Assembly (NCBI GenBank): GCA_038207335.1 | Contig: JBBQZX010000024.1 | Span: forward strand, 27,313-91,312 | Direction of reading: 5' to 3' | Length of the DNA: 64,000 nt | DNA from: Chthoniobacterales bacterium | GTDB taxonomy: Bacteria > Verrucomicrobiota > Verrucomicrobiia > Chthoniobacterales > Chthoniobacteraceae | Part shown: in pieces, positions 9,301-17,847 of the stretch | Layout of the letters: each line of letters begins with the position of its first letter | Position numbering within the stretch: position 1 is the stretch's first letter | Position numbers and translations under genes: made by a program | Notes under the pieces: generated by a model | What the model saw: only the letters and a program-made list of their open reading frames with translations | Database searches by the model: none | Told to the model about the DNA's origin: nothing

Positions 9301-11338
9301 CCGGCGCGAGCGTCAGCAGATCGTACCATTGAGAGGAGGGCGGCGGCGCAAGTGAAAACTGCACTTTCACGCTCGGGTTCATCGTGCCTTTCGGGAAAAT
9401 CTGCGCGACTTTGAAGTCGAAATACGCGTGGTTCCTCGCGACGGCCTGCACGCCGAGTGTCTTCAATTGCGCCTTCGCCGTCGGCACCAGATTCTCCGGC
9501 TTCACGCTCAACGCGCCCGGCGATTTCAGCACCGCCGGCTTCGTGTCGTCGATCGTCACTGTCGCCTCTGTCGTGTCGCCGAGCGTCACATCGCCGATCG
9601 GCGTGCGCATCGCCAGCACGACCGTTTGCGAGGCTTCCGTGCCTTTGTCGCTCGAGACGGAAATGTGGATGTGTTGCTCGAATTGCCCCGGTCCGTTATC
9701 TGGGAAAGTCACCGTCTGGCTCGCGGGAAAGTCGATGTTGTAATCCGAATGCTCGCCCTTCGCGGTCTGCCCGTTTTCCGTCGCCGAGCCGCTCACGTCG
9801 AATGGCACGAGCGCTTGCCCCGTGCTGTCGGTGCCGCGCGTCACAACGACATCCACCTCTCCACCTTCACCGACCTCGTAAGCGTCCTGCTCGAACTGCA
9901 CCGCATTCCCCGTCAGCCCGCCGCCACCGCCGCCCCCGCCCGTGATGTTCGGCAGAAGCGAAAAGTTATTCGCGTCGTCCGATGCCACCGCGAGATCGAG
10001 CTTGTTGTCTTTGTTAAAATCCACCGGCGAAATCGCGCGCACCCCGCTCGAAACCGGCACGGTGATCTGCGACCCGTACGGAAAATATTGCTCGTTGGAA
10101 ATCTGCGTCGAATCGACCGGATAAATCAGAATCCCGTGCGTGTTCAGCGGATCGGTCACCGCAACATCGAGCAGTTGATCGCCATTCAAATCCGCGAGCA
10201 CAATCGCCCCGTCGAATTTCAGCCGATCCGGATTATCCCCGATGAAAGCAAAACCCGTCTGGATGTTGAAGGTCCCGTCGCCCTTTCCTCCGTTCATCTG
10301 CAAAAAAGTCTGCCCGCCGTTCCCGATATTGCTCGCTTCATAGACGAGGTCGCGGTCCCCGTCGCCCGTCACGTCGCCGATCACCATCGCGTGCATGTGC
10401 AGGTAAAACGCATTCTTAATCGGCGCGTCCGTCGCGTCGCCATCCTGCCCAAAAGTCCCGTCGCCCTTGTTGAAAAAAGTCGTGTAACTGCCCGAACCCG
10501 AGCCATTCGAGGCGTTATCGCCGTTGTTGCTGCCGACCACGATTTCGGGGAGACGGTCGAGCTTCGCGTTTCCATCGCCGTCAATGTCGTTTCGCGTCAG
10601 GTCCGCCGCCGCTATGAAATCCCCCGAGCCGCGCGAACGATAAACCGCCGCAGGCACAAAGCCGTTCGTCCCATTGGAATCCTGCTTGAACACCGCCAAC
10701 TCGATTTTCCCGATCGGGTCAACCTGCGGATCCACCGGCGGCAGCGTGCCCACCGCCACAATGTCCGACGGCCCACCGGTCCCATTCACGTCGATCAACA
10801 CGAGTTTGGTCAGATTCACCACATTTCCGTCCACATCCGTGGCCGACAGGTCGAACGGCGCGGCGAAACTGATCGGCCCGCTCCCGTCGTTCGGCGTCAT
10901 ATTGAGATAGACCGTCACATGCCCGCCCTGGCAAACGACGATATCGAGATTAAAATCGTCATTCACGTCGCCGACCTCGACATCTGTAGGCATGTCGCTG
11001 GTCGTGATGTCCCAGGTGCCGAGCCCGTTGCCGCCATTCGCATCGCCGAGCCACACGCGCACCAATTTTCCATCGTGATCCGCCGTCACGATGTCCGGCG
11101 TCCGGTCGTTGTTCACGTCGATCGGCAGCACCAAATCAGCGCCAGTGTCGAAGTTATTTGCGTCAAATACCGGCAGCGTGAAGCTGCTCATACTCCTGAC
11201 GATCGAGCGTCCGCCGGAGGTGAAATTCACGGGCGTCCCAAAACTCGGCGCGTCCGCGAAAGCATTACTGACCGCGAGGAGTAATAACGAAGCAGCGAGG
11301 GCTGAGCGGCGAATGAAGCGGAAATATCTGGGATTCAT
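5843..11338 (-). CDS. Giant secreted surface protein: signal peptide, FG-GAP/VCBS beta-propeller repeats, Calx-beta-like domain, multiple DUF11 Ig-like domains, C-terminal octapeptide repeats
   Basis: Start MNPRYFRF...AVSNAFA; DVNNDRTPDIV, DVNDDFNLDIV, DLNGDQLLDVA, DFNKDNKLDLA repeats; VQFEQDAYEVGEG; TYTIDCKNTSG, YELLYVNSGD, TYTIFFGNSGD DUF11-like motifs. Confidence 0.85.
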   Translation of the reverse strand: MNPRYFRFIRRSALAASLLLLAVSNAFADAPSFGTPVNFTSGGRSIVRSMSSFTLPVFDANNFDTGADLVLPIDVNNDRTPDIVTADHDGKLVRVWLGDANGGNGLGTWDITTSDMPTDVEVGDVNDDFNLDIVVCQGGHVTVYLNMTPNDGSGPISFAAPFDLSATDVDGNVVNLTKLVLIDVNGTGGPSDIVAVGTLPPVDPQVDPIGKIELAVFKQDSNGTNGFVPAAVYRSRGSGDFIAAADLTRNDIDGDGNAKLDRLPEIVVGSNNGDNASNGSGSGSYTTFFNKGDGTFGQDGDATDAPIKNAFYLHMHAMVIGDVTGDGDRDLVYEASNIGNGGQTFLQMNGGKGDGTFNIQTGFAFIGDNPDRLKFDGAIVLADLNGDQLLDVAVTDPLNTHGILIYPVDSTQISNEQYFPYGSQITVPVSSGVRAISPVDFNKDNKLDLAVASDDANNFSLLPNITGGGGGGGGLTGNAVQFEQDAYEVGEGGEVDVVVTRGTDSTGQALVPFDVSGSATENGQTAKGEHSDYNIDFPASQTVTFPDNGPGQFEQHIHISVSSDKGTEASQTVVLAMRTPIGDVTLGDTTEATVTIDDTKPAVLKSPGALSVKPENLVPTAKAQLKTLGVQAVARNHAYFDFKVAQIFPKGTMNPSVKVQFSLAPPPSSQWYDLLTLAPDAAGKNWSGHTATIPVCSKIYFRTLSSADGYPTAEGKTTAPFKVLDGPDLFLRPRQHDAALGADYVQYEIPTTTSDILTYRFLYGNVGSLAATNATITASIPKHTTFIDATNGGTVAGKGKPVVWHFTAIAPGSTNGYVEMRVRVDSDAVFSKSGDVTAAYGTQIIEPQSTIVATEEPAGQVSDRDMLVATIHGPIEISVDRDSGIVGAGGTITYTIDCKNTSGAPVTGAMVRDVIPAGTILDTAYVPDANGNSTSTVLPNPSPNSSPALVFALQQDVKFLHAKKGDAVDLSLLDPGTAQGLLDARLVAPELHFNLGTIAAQSRVTLQFKVRVMYDIPDTIQDGPHTFHTNEISSDQFDFSIAAGVDKKGNPLRISALYGAAAKPVRTNISAAEPQSPPVLGLGKAAVAEGTLNDGTFGNGSVTNGEFGDVTTAVQGRGYDYELLYVNSGDATAHNVVVHDVIPAGAILRGNFTQNGGGMTAEQFTFFDKNGAVISPVTNANIGLVRSMDIRLGTISQLSPLPANTGGLIRYTVQAIVALAPVNKPATLIHSFGGYDAKLKQSDPEQGYYIRSAELLKVTAGTPDDLFVMMVSDVSFAIDQHRNSFAAKPGDTVSFDLPWKQNGDVPATNTKITLNVPAGAAVDPASPPLIVNDNGSTTAFGSGQFSSGSGQLTMNLGTTAAHSHGAVRVFFKVNANVNPNVQKFVLLQDPQITGNYVPPGRNPARFAVADAIASTTGTTLDPIPLQLPNAPRLLIGHCAPWTVKKGAEFTYTIFFGNSGDLPANNVHIGMQVPSGTRFVRPTQGVISAPDGLLSKASVIPNPISYTERTAAQAKSTGGASHDIVTWNVGTLPAHSGGAVELTVVVDAGFSACAIEDHSSYISADNAPSAVPRLLSTNVRSGNFFASAWESLGCFITGLGGGLKDNQQGALAGTTNSLSAQSHGMMIAATDGVVLTNGAVILPLQQNQVLVVSSPLIAAGAGNLIAAGAGNLIAAGAGNLVAAGAGNAISITGISGLGTQTAAYVLDNAAQLIAAGAGNLIAAGAGNLISQDGGGLLSNHPGGASSAISSNNANLVAAGAGNLVAAGAGNIVAAGAGNIVAAGAGNLTLKSKLISQDGAGVVSASGGNFIGFSAGHIDAKGGGKIVAAGAGN

Positions 11339-11396
11339 GGATTTAAATAAGTGCGGCCAGTGGAAGAGGGCGCGCATCAATCGGCCAAACATGAAT

Positions 11397-11407
11397 CGTT
11401 GTCAACG
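11397..11407. promoter_or_regulatory. Palindrome CGTTGTCAACG overlapping a TTGACA (-35-like) hexamer upstream of the giant surface protein gene
   Basis: About 60 bp upstream of ATG 11338; near-identical CGTTGCCAACG at 5801-5811 upstream of the paralog remnant. Confidence 0.4.
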
Positions 11408-11583
11408 GAACCTTCGGGAAAGGGAGAGTTCTGTCGAAAATGTCACCTTTCCCGCGCCAAACTCGCCTCCCGAATCGGCCTCCCCGGGGCTGCCCCACCC
11501 ACCCTCCCGCAGTGTTCACCTTGCCAGCCATCGGTAAAACCGCGCGCTCGACTTTGCACGCATCGAGGCGCGATGTTGCGCCG

Positions 11584-12798
11584 ATGTCATTCAAAGATTT
11601 TTCGCTCCTCGACGAGGTCACCCGCGGCGTCGAGGCAATGGGCTACTCCGAGGCGACGCCCATCCAGCTTCGCGCCATCCCGCTCATTTTATCGGGCAAA
11701 GACGTGATGGGCTCCGCCCAGACCGGTACCGGAAAAACCGCCGCGTTTGGCCTGCCGATTCTCACTTTGCTCAAGACGCACGGCGCCTGCCGCTGCCTCA
11801 TTCTCGAGCCCACCCGTGAGCTCGCAGCGCAGGTGGAGACAGCCTTCCGCGACTTCGGGCGATACATGGATTTGAAAGTCGCGCTCATTCAGGGCGGCGT
11901 CGGATTTCAGAAACAGCGCGACGACTTGAAAGACGCCGACATCATCGTCGCCACACCTGGCCGCCTGCTCGACCTCATGGAACAGGGCGATGTGAAGCTG
12001 AAAGACATCCAGTTTCTCGTGCTGGATGAAGTTGATCGGATGCTCGACATGGGCTTCCTCCCGCAGGTCCGCCGCATCGTGGAAAAGTGCCCTAAGGAGC
12101 GGCAGACGATGTTTTTCTCCGCCACGCTCCCGCCGGAAATCTCAACGATGACGACGTGGGTATTAAACCAGCCCGAGGTCATCGAAATCGGCTGCCGGAT
12201 GTCGCCCGCGGAGACGGTGACGCACGCGCTTTATCCCGTGGCGAAAGATCAGAAATTCGACCTGCTCATCGCGTTGCTGGAGCGCACGAAATTCGATAGC
12301 TGCATCATTTTCACGAGCACGAAAATCTACGCCGACCGGATCGCGCATCAACTCCGCGACCTGAAGCACGCGGTCGTTGCCCTGCATTCGAACCGCACTC
12401 AGCGCGAACGCGAGGAGGCGCTCGCGGGCTTCAAATCCGGCAAGTATGAAGTGCTCGTCGCGACCGACATCGCCGCGCGCGGGCTCGACATCGCGGGCGT
12501 GAGCCACGTCATCAATTACGACGTGCCGGGGCATCCCGAGGATTACGTCCACCGCATCGGTCGTACAGGCCGCGCGCTCGCTGTCGGCGACGCATTCACA
12601 CTTTTCACCGCCGAGGAACTCGACGACATCCGCTCCATCGAGCGATTCATCGGCGCGAGCATCCCGCGGCTGAAACTCGAGAATTTCCCCTACGTTTACA
12701 CCGCCGTTTTCAACGAGGACAAAATCCCGGCTGGCGGCCCCGGTAAAGGCGTCCGCACGCTCGGCGGCTATTCCTTCGGCGGCCGTAGGAGACGCTGA
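11584..12798 (+). CDS. DEAD-box RNA helicase (RhlE-like)
   Basis: Q motif ATPIQ, AQTGTGKT, PTRELA, DEVD, SAT, ARGLD, HRIGRTGR; start chosen at MSFKDFSL. Confidence 0.93.
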   Translation: MSFKDFSLLDEVTRGVEAMGYSEATPIQLRAIPLILSGKDVMGSAQTGTGKTAAFGLPILTLLKTHGACRCLILEPTRELAAQVETAFRDFGRYMDLKVALIQGGVGFQKQRDDLKDADIIVATPGRLLDLMEQGDVKLKDIQFLVLDEVDRMLDMGFLPQVRRIVEKCPKERQTMFFSATLPPEISTMTTWVLNQPEVIEIGCRMSPAETVTHALYPVAKDQKFDLLIALLERTKFDSCIIFTSTKIYADRIAHQLRDLKHAVVALHSNRTQREREEALAGFKSGKYEVLVATDIAARGLDIAGVSHVINYDVPGHPEDYVHRIGRTGRALAVGDAFTLFTAEELDDIRSIERFIGASIPRLKLENFPYVYTAVFNEDKIPAGGPGKGVRTLGGYSFGGRRRR

Positions 12799-12854
12799 TG
12801 TAGCCCCGGGACCGTGATCGCGTCGGTCGCGCGCGCCTGCCGGAATCAGCTACA
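12799..12854. repeat. REP-like element with TGTAGC...GCTACA ends between convergent genes
   Basis: Terminal inverted hexamers; overlaps the stop of the minus-strand gene. Confidence 0.45.
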
Positions 12855-13458
12855 ACGGATTCGTCCGCGCGATCAGCCTCTCCTCGATCTCCGCAAGGAT
12901 TTTCCGCGACGGTTCGGTATCGAATTTGTAGTCGTCCACGACGAACTGCTTCTTCTGCCCGCCGAGCTCATATCGCACGACCGCGATCCCCTTTTTCTCC
13001 CACCGCTTTTTCCCGACTCCCGTGATCGCGCCGAATGGTACGCGCGTCCCCGCCGCCGTATAGACCGCCTCCGCATCCGTGCGCACCGTGCGCCGGATTT
13101 GCGTCGCCCAATACGCGAGCGTGATCGCGCCGAAAATCGCAGCCAGACCGCTCAATCCAAACTGCTCGAAGCGTTTGCCGCTGTCCCATCGCTCATCCGG
13201 CAGCGGGCCATTCGGATGATGTTCCTCGACCCACTTCAGCCACTCGTCGTTCTTAATTCCGAGTTCCTTCGCGCGCTCCGGCCACTCCTTTTCGCGCCCC
13301 GCATCGACGTAACTTTTCCACTCCTTGTAGCGCACGTTTGCGCGCGGATACCCGACCGCGCCGTCGAAGCAAAACCACGCCGCGACCGCGAAAAGGAACA
13401 GCGCCACGAACAGCTTTTGCTTTTTCCAAATTGGTGAGATGCGGGCTTCAGCAGGCAT
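12850..13458 (-). CDS. Hypothetical membrane protein (2 TM plus soluble C-terminal domain)
   Basis: Start MPAEARIS; coding-like composition; overlaps the queG stop. Confidence 0.7.
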   Translation of the reverse strand: MPAEARISPIWKKQKLFVALFLFAVAAWFCFDGAVGYPRANVRYKEWKSYVDAGREKEWPERAKELGIKNDEWLKWVEEHHPNGPLPDERWDSGKRFEQFGLSGLAAIFGAITLAYWATQIRRTVRTDAEAVYTAAGTRVPFGAITGVGKKRWEKKGIAVVRYELGGQKKQFVVDDYKFDTEPSRKILAEIEERLIARTNPL

Positions 13459-14518
13459 GGGAGCGCGGAGTCTCAGGCGGCGCGTAAAGCGCTGACGAGC
13501 CCAAACTTTCATCCCGCTCCGCGATGCGCGCGATGGCCCACTGCGCGTGCTCGACGATCAGCGACTCGGCATCGCGCGCGGCGAGCCTGAGCGCGGGCAA
13601 GTCGTCGCATGTGCCCACATTTCCGAGCGCTACGCAAATGTTGCGGAGGAAGCCGCGACGCTTGATGCGCTTGATCGGTGAGCCGCGAAAAAGCGCGCGA
13701 AATCCTTCGTCGTCGAGGGCGAGAAAATCGCGCAGCAAAAAGTCGTGAACGAACGGTCGCGCGGCAAATGCGGACTCGCGCGAGCTATGCGCGAAGCGGT
13801 TCCACGGGCACGCGTCGAGGCACGCATCGCAGCCGTAAATGCGATCGCCGATGAGCGGGCGCAGATGCTCCGGGATGCTGCCCTTCAGCTCGATCGTGAG
13901 GTAGGAAATGCACAGCCGCGCATCGAGCCGATGCGGCTCGGTGATCGCGCCCGTCGGACACGCCGTGATGCAGCGCGTGCAGGTCCCGCAGCGATCCGGG
14001 AGCGGTTCGTCTGGAGGAAATTCGAGTGTAGTCAGCACCTCCGCGAGGAAGAACCACGTCCCGAGTTTTGGGTGAATGAGCATCGTGCTTTTGCCATGCC
14101 AGCCCGCCCCCGCGAGCGCCGCGAAATCCCGCTCCAGAACCGGCCCCGTATCGACGTAATGCCGCTGCCGCCCGCCCCGCGCCGTGAGCCAGTCGTCGAT
14201 GACGCGCAGCTTTCTCTCGATGACGTCGTGGTAGTCATCGCCCCACGCGTATCGCGCGATGCGGCCGCCCGAGGCGTGCCGAGGCACAGTCGGCGGAAGA
14301 TAATTCATCGCCAGCACGACCACCGACTTTGCGCCCGGCACCACCTGTTCCGGATCGGTTCTGCGCCCTTCATTTTTGCCCAACCACGCCATCTCACCCG
14401 CGCGTCCATCCGCGAGCCATGCGCGAAATTCTTCCGCGTGCGGCGCCTCCCCTGCGCGCGCAATCCGGCATTCGTCGAAACCCAGTTCGTGAGCCAGCGC
14501 GATCAATTCGTCTTTCAC
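13448..14518 (-). CDS. queG: tRNA epoxyqueuosine(34) reductase
   Basis: IARYAWGDDYH, VDTGPVLER, CGTCTRCITACPT, CISYLTIE, GCDACLDACPWN; GTG start overlapping the aroK stop. Confidence 0.95.
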   Translation of the reverse strand: MKDELIALAHELGFDECRIARAGEAPHAEEFRAWLADGRAGEMAWLGKNEGRRTDPEQVVPGAKSVVVLAMNYLPPTVPRHASGGRIARYAWGDDYHDVIERKLRVIDDWLTARGGRQRHYVDTGPVLERDFAALAGAGWHGKSTMLIHPKLGTWFFLAEVLTTLEFPPDEPLPDRCGTCTRCITACPTGAITEPHRLDARLCISYLTIELKGSIPEHLRPLIGDRIYGCDACLDACPWNRFAHSSRESAFAARPFVHDFLLRDFLALDDEGFRALFRGSPIKRIKRRGFLRNICVALGNVGTCDDLPALRLAARDAESLIVEHAQWAIARIAERDESLGSSALYAPPETPRSHAC

Positions 14519-15057
14519 AACTGAGCCTGCCACGAAAACGCCCGGCGCGCTTCCGACGCGATTTTTTCCGCCACTTCATCGTGCTCGATGAGCGACGTAT
14601 CTAGCGTTAAATTCGCTGCCTCCTCGTAAAGCGCGCGCCGCTCCGTGAGCATCCGGCTCACGGTCTCGCGCGGGTTCTCATTTTGCAAAAGCGGACGCTG
14701 CGAGTTCCGTGACACGCGCTCGAAAATCACCTCCTCGCTCGCCGTGAGGCACACGACGAATCCGAGTTCGCGAAGCAGCTCGCGATTGCGCTCGCTCAGC
14801 ACGATGCCGCCGCCCGTCGCGATCACGCACAGCTTTCGCACCGCCAGCGAGGCCAGCGCTGCTGTCTCCAGCTCACGAAAATGCGCCTCCCCGTGACGCT
14901 CGAAAATCGCCGCGATATCCATCCCCGCCTCCTCGATCACCACGCGATCCGTATCGACGAATTGGAAATCCATCTTCCGCGCCAACCGCCGTCCGACCGA
15001 AGATTTTCCAGTCCCCATGAAGCCGACGAGGAGGATGTTTTCACGCGCGAAGCTCAC
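14515..15057 (-). CDS. aroK: Shikimate kinase
   Basis: GFMGTGKS, GEAHFRELE, IATGGG, RPLL. Confidence 0.95.
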   Translation of the reverse strand: MSFARENILLVGFMGTGKSSVGRRLARKMDFQFVDTDRVVIEEAGMDIAAIFERHGEAHFRELETAALASLAVRKLCVIATGGGIVLSERNRELLRELGFVVCLTASEEVIFERVSRNSQRPLLQNENPRETVSRMLTERRALYEEAANLTLDTSLIEHDEVAEKIASEARRAFSWQAQL

Positions 15058-15080
15058 GCGAAAACTTAGAAAGAACCGTG

Positions 15081-15165
15081 AGAAGTAAGAAGTAAGAAAT
15101 GCCCGCGCGCAGCATCGACACGCCTCCGCAAGTTCCTAAATCTTCCCTCCCACTTCCTAAATTCC
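15081..15165. repeat. Short heptamer repeats in the divergent aroK/purE intergenic region
   Basis: AGAAGTA-AGAAGTA-AGAAATG at 15081-15101; TTCCTAAA at 15133 and 15154 (21 bp apart). Confidence 0.55.
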
Positions 15166-15651
15166 ATGCACACACCACCCGTCGCCGTCGTCATGGGCAG
15201 CGAATCCGATTGGGAAACCATGCGCCACGCCGTCGATGCCCTCGCACATCTCGGCATCGCCAGCGAGCGCCGCGTCGTCTCCGCGCATCGCACGCCGGAG
15301 CTCATGGCAGATTTTGCGCGCGGCGCTGCGGCGCGCGGCATCCAGGTCATCATCGCCGGCGCGGGCGGCGCCGCGCACCTGCCCGGCATGATCGCCGCGC
15401 ACACCGCGCTGCCGGTTCTCGGCGTCCCCATCGAGAGCCGTGTGCTAAAAGGCATCGACTCGCTCCTTTCGATCGTCCAAATGCCCGCCGGAATCCCCGT
15501 CGCCACCCTCGCCATCGGAGTCGCCGGGGCGAAAAACGCGGGCCTTCTCGCCGCCGCGATCCTCGCCCTGCACGACGACGAGATCCGCGCCGCACTCGCC
15601 GAATTTCGCGAAAAGCAAACCGCCGCCGTCCTCGCCGCGGAGCTGAAATGA
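15166..15651 (+). CDS. purE: N5-carboxyaminoimidazole ribonucleotide mutase
   Basis: [34 protein letters not shown]. Confidence 0.97.
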   Translation: MHTPPVAVVMGSESDWETMRHAVDALAHLGIASERRVVSAHRTPELMADFARGAAARGIQVIIAGAGGAAHLPGMIAAHTALPVLGVPIESRVLKGIDSLLSIVQMPAGIPVATLAIGVAGAKNAGLLAAAILALHDDEIRAALAEFREKQTAAVLAAELK

Positions 15652-16805
15652 GCATCGTCTCGCCATCAGTCATCACCTTCCCCCCCGGAAGCGCCGTCGG
15701 CGTCATGGGCGGCGGCCAGCTTGGCCGCATGTTCGCCATCGCCGCGCGACGAATGGGATACCGCATCCACACATTTTCCCCCGATGAAGACACGCCCACC
15801 GGCCAACTCGCCGACCGCGAAGTCGCAGCGAGTTTCGACGACGCGGAAGCCGTCCGCGACTTCGCGCGCGGCGTCGATGTCCTCACCTTCGAGTTTGAAA
15901 ATATACCCGTGCAGTGCGCCGAGTGGGCTGCGGAGTTTTGCGTAGTCCGCCCCGCCGGACGCATCCTCCACATCTGCCAGCACCGGCTTCGGGAAAAAGA
16001 ATTCCTCGATCAAGCGGGGCTCCCGCTTCCGTCATTCCGCGCCATCGCCAGCGCGGGCGAACTTGCCGCCGCCACCGCCGAAATCGGCCTCCCCGCAGTC
16101 CTGAAAACCGCCGCATTCGGCTACGACGGAAAAGGCCAGCGCAAGCTCGCGCCCGGCGACAACCTCGTCGCCGCATGGGCGCCATTCGCCGGCCAGGCCG
16201 CGGTGCTCGAGGCGTTCGTCCCATTCGTCTGCGAGCTCTCCGTCATCGTCGCGCGCGGCATCGACGGCGAGATGCGCACCTTCCCCGTCGCGCGGAACGA
16301 GCATTTAAACCACATCCTCGATTTGACTACCCTCCCATTCGGCGACGAGGCCGTGGAAAAGAGCGCCCGCGACCTCGCCTGCGCCGTCGCCGAAGCGCTC
16401 GACCTCGTTGGTCTGCTCGCTGTCGAGATGTTCCTCCGCGCAGACGGCGTGCTGCTCATCAACGAACTCGCCCCGCGCCCGCACAACTCCGGCCACTGGA
16501 GCTTCGACGCCGCGGTCACGAGCCAGTTCGAGCAGCAGCTCCGCGCCGTCTGCGGCCTCCCGCTCGGCTCGACGGAACTGCTGCGCCCCGTCGCAATGGC
16601 GAATCTCCTCGGCGATCTGTGGGAACACGGCGAGCCCGATTGGGCCGCCGCCGCTGCGTTTGAAAATGTGAAGATTCACCTCTACGGAAAGACCGGCGCA
16701 AAGCCCGGGAGAAAAATGGGCCACCTCGTGGCACTCGGCTCCAACACAGCATCCGCAGCCGACACCGTCCGCGCCGCGAGAGCCGCGTTGACGGCAAAAC
16801 AATGA
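15648..16805 (+). CDS. purK: N5-carboxyaminoimidazole ribonucleotide synthase
   Basis: [42 protein letters not shown] overlap with purE. Confidence 0.97.
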   Translation: MSIVSPSVITFPPGSAVGVMGGGQLGRMFAIAARRMGYRIHTFSPDEDTPTGQLADREVAASFDDAEAVRDFARGVDVLTFEFENIPVQCAEWAAEFCVVRPAGRILHICQHRLREKEFLDQAGLPLPSFRAIASAGELAAATAEIGLPAVLKTAAFGYDGKGQRKLAPGDNLVAAWAPFAGQAAVLEAFVPFVCELSVIVARGIDGEMRTFPVARNEHLNHILDLTTLPFGDEAVEKSARDLACAVAEALDLVGLLAVEMFLRADGVLLINELAPRPHNSGHWSFDAAVTSQFEQQLRAVCGLPLGSTELLRPVAMANLLGDLWEHGEPDWAAAAAFENVKIHLYGKTGAKPGRKMGHLVALGSNTASAADTVRAARAALTAKQ

Positions 16806-16821
16806 GCGAACGAATTCGGGA

Positions 16822-17805
16822 ATGATCGTTCCCGCGCCAGCCATGATCGCCCGCGCGTGCGACCTTCTCGCCGCCGGCGAGCCCGTCGCCCTGCCGACCG
16901 AAACCGTTTATGGCCTCGCCGCCGACGCCCTCCGCCCGGACGCGATCCTGAAAATTTTCGAGGCCAAAAAGCGCCCATTTTTCGACCCGCTCATCGTGCA
17001 TCTGCCCGACATCGACTGGTTGGCGCGAATCACCGAAATCCCTCCCGAAAGCCACGCTCTCGTCGATGCGCTCATCGCGAAATTCTGGCCCGGCCCGCTC
17101 ACACTCGTCCTGCCGCGGCGCGACATCATCCCCGACATCGTGACCGCCGGCCTCGACACCGTCGCCGTCCGAATGAGCGCGCATCCCGTCTTCCGCTCGG
17201 TCATAGAGCGCTTTGCAAAACCGCTCGCAGCGCCGAGCGCAAACCGCTTCGGCCGCATCAGCCCGACGACTGCGGATCATGTGCGCATCGAGCTAAGCGC
17301 CCGCATCCCACTCATTGTCGATGGCGGTGCGACCACGCACGGAATCGAGTCCACCATCGTCGCCGTCGAGGGCGCTTCGCTGCGAATCCTCCGCGCCGGG
17401 CCGGTCACGCCGGATGATCTCGAAGGGTTCGCCGCTATCGTTTCGCCAGCAGCCAAACCCACGGAGCGACCTGAAGCCCCCGGCCAACTCAAGAGCCACT
17501 ATGCGCCGCGCACACCGCTCATTTTACAAACCGAAAACCCCCACGGCTCCAGTGAAATCGGCCTCGGCCCGGCGCCAAAAGCCGGCCTCCTCGCCTGGCG
17601 TTTCGCTCCGCCACAACACGACTTCACCGCCATCGAAATCCTCAGCCCCACCGGCGACCTCCGCGAAGCCGCTGCCACGCTTTTCACCAAAATGCGCCGC
17701 CTCGACGAAGCCGGCCTCGACGTCATCTTCGCCGAGCCCGTCCCCGAAACCGGCCTCGGCATCGCCATCATGGACCGCCTCAGAAGAGCCTCCGCCCGTG
17801 AATAG
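16822..17805 (+). CDS. sua5: L-threonylcarbamoyladenylate synthase (Sua5-type with C-terminal domain)
   Basis: PTETVYGL, PLIVH, WPGPLT, APSANRFG, PGQLKSHYAP, AIMDRLRRA. Confidence 0.93.
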   Translation: MIVPAPAMIARACDLLAAGEPVALPTETVYGLAADALRPDAILKIFEAKKRPFFDPLIVHLPDIDWLARITEIPPESHALVDALIAKFWPGPLTLVLPRRDIIPDIVTAGLDTVAVRMSAHPVFRSVIERFAKPLAAPSANRFGRISPTTADHVRIELSARIPLIVDGGATTHGIESTIVAVEGASLRILRAGPVTPDDLEGFAAIVSPAAKPTERPEAPGQLKSHYAPRTPLILQTENPHGSSEIGLGPAPKAGLLAWRFAPPQHDFTAIEILSPTGDLREAAATLFTKMRRLDEAGLDVIFAEPVPETGLGIAIMDRLRRASARE

Positions 17806-17847
17806 CCGCGCGCCCAAACTCCTGGAAGCGCGCGCAACACCATCCAC

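Noticed and set aside
6122..11284. Long + strand ORFs (6122-7516, 7616-9070, 9428-11284) and similar antisense ORFs such as 17524-19305, 46394-48340 and 54883-56277
   Set aside because: Shadow ORFs opposite well-supported genes in high-GC DNA; no recognisable motifs
15099..15647. Long N-terminal extensions given in the ORF track for purK (also ruvA, FecR, helicase, asd, GT4, PEP-CTERM protein)
   Set aside because: The extensions overlap other genes or promoters and are Arg/Pro-rich nonsense; downstream starts match the family N-termini
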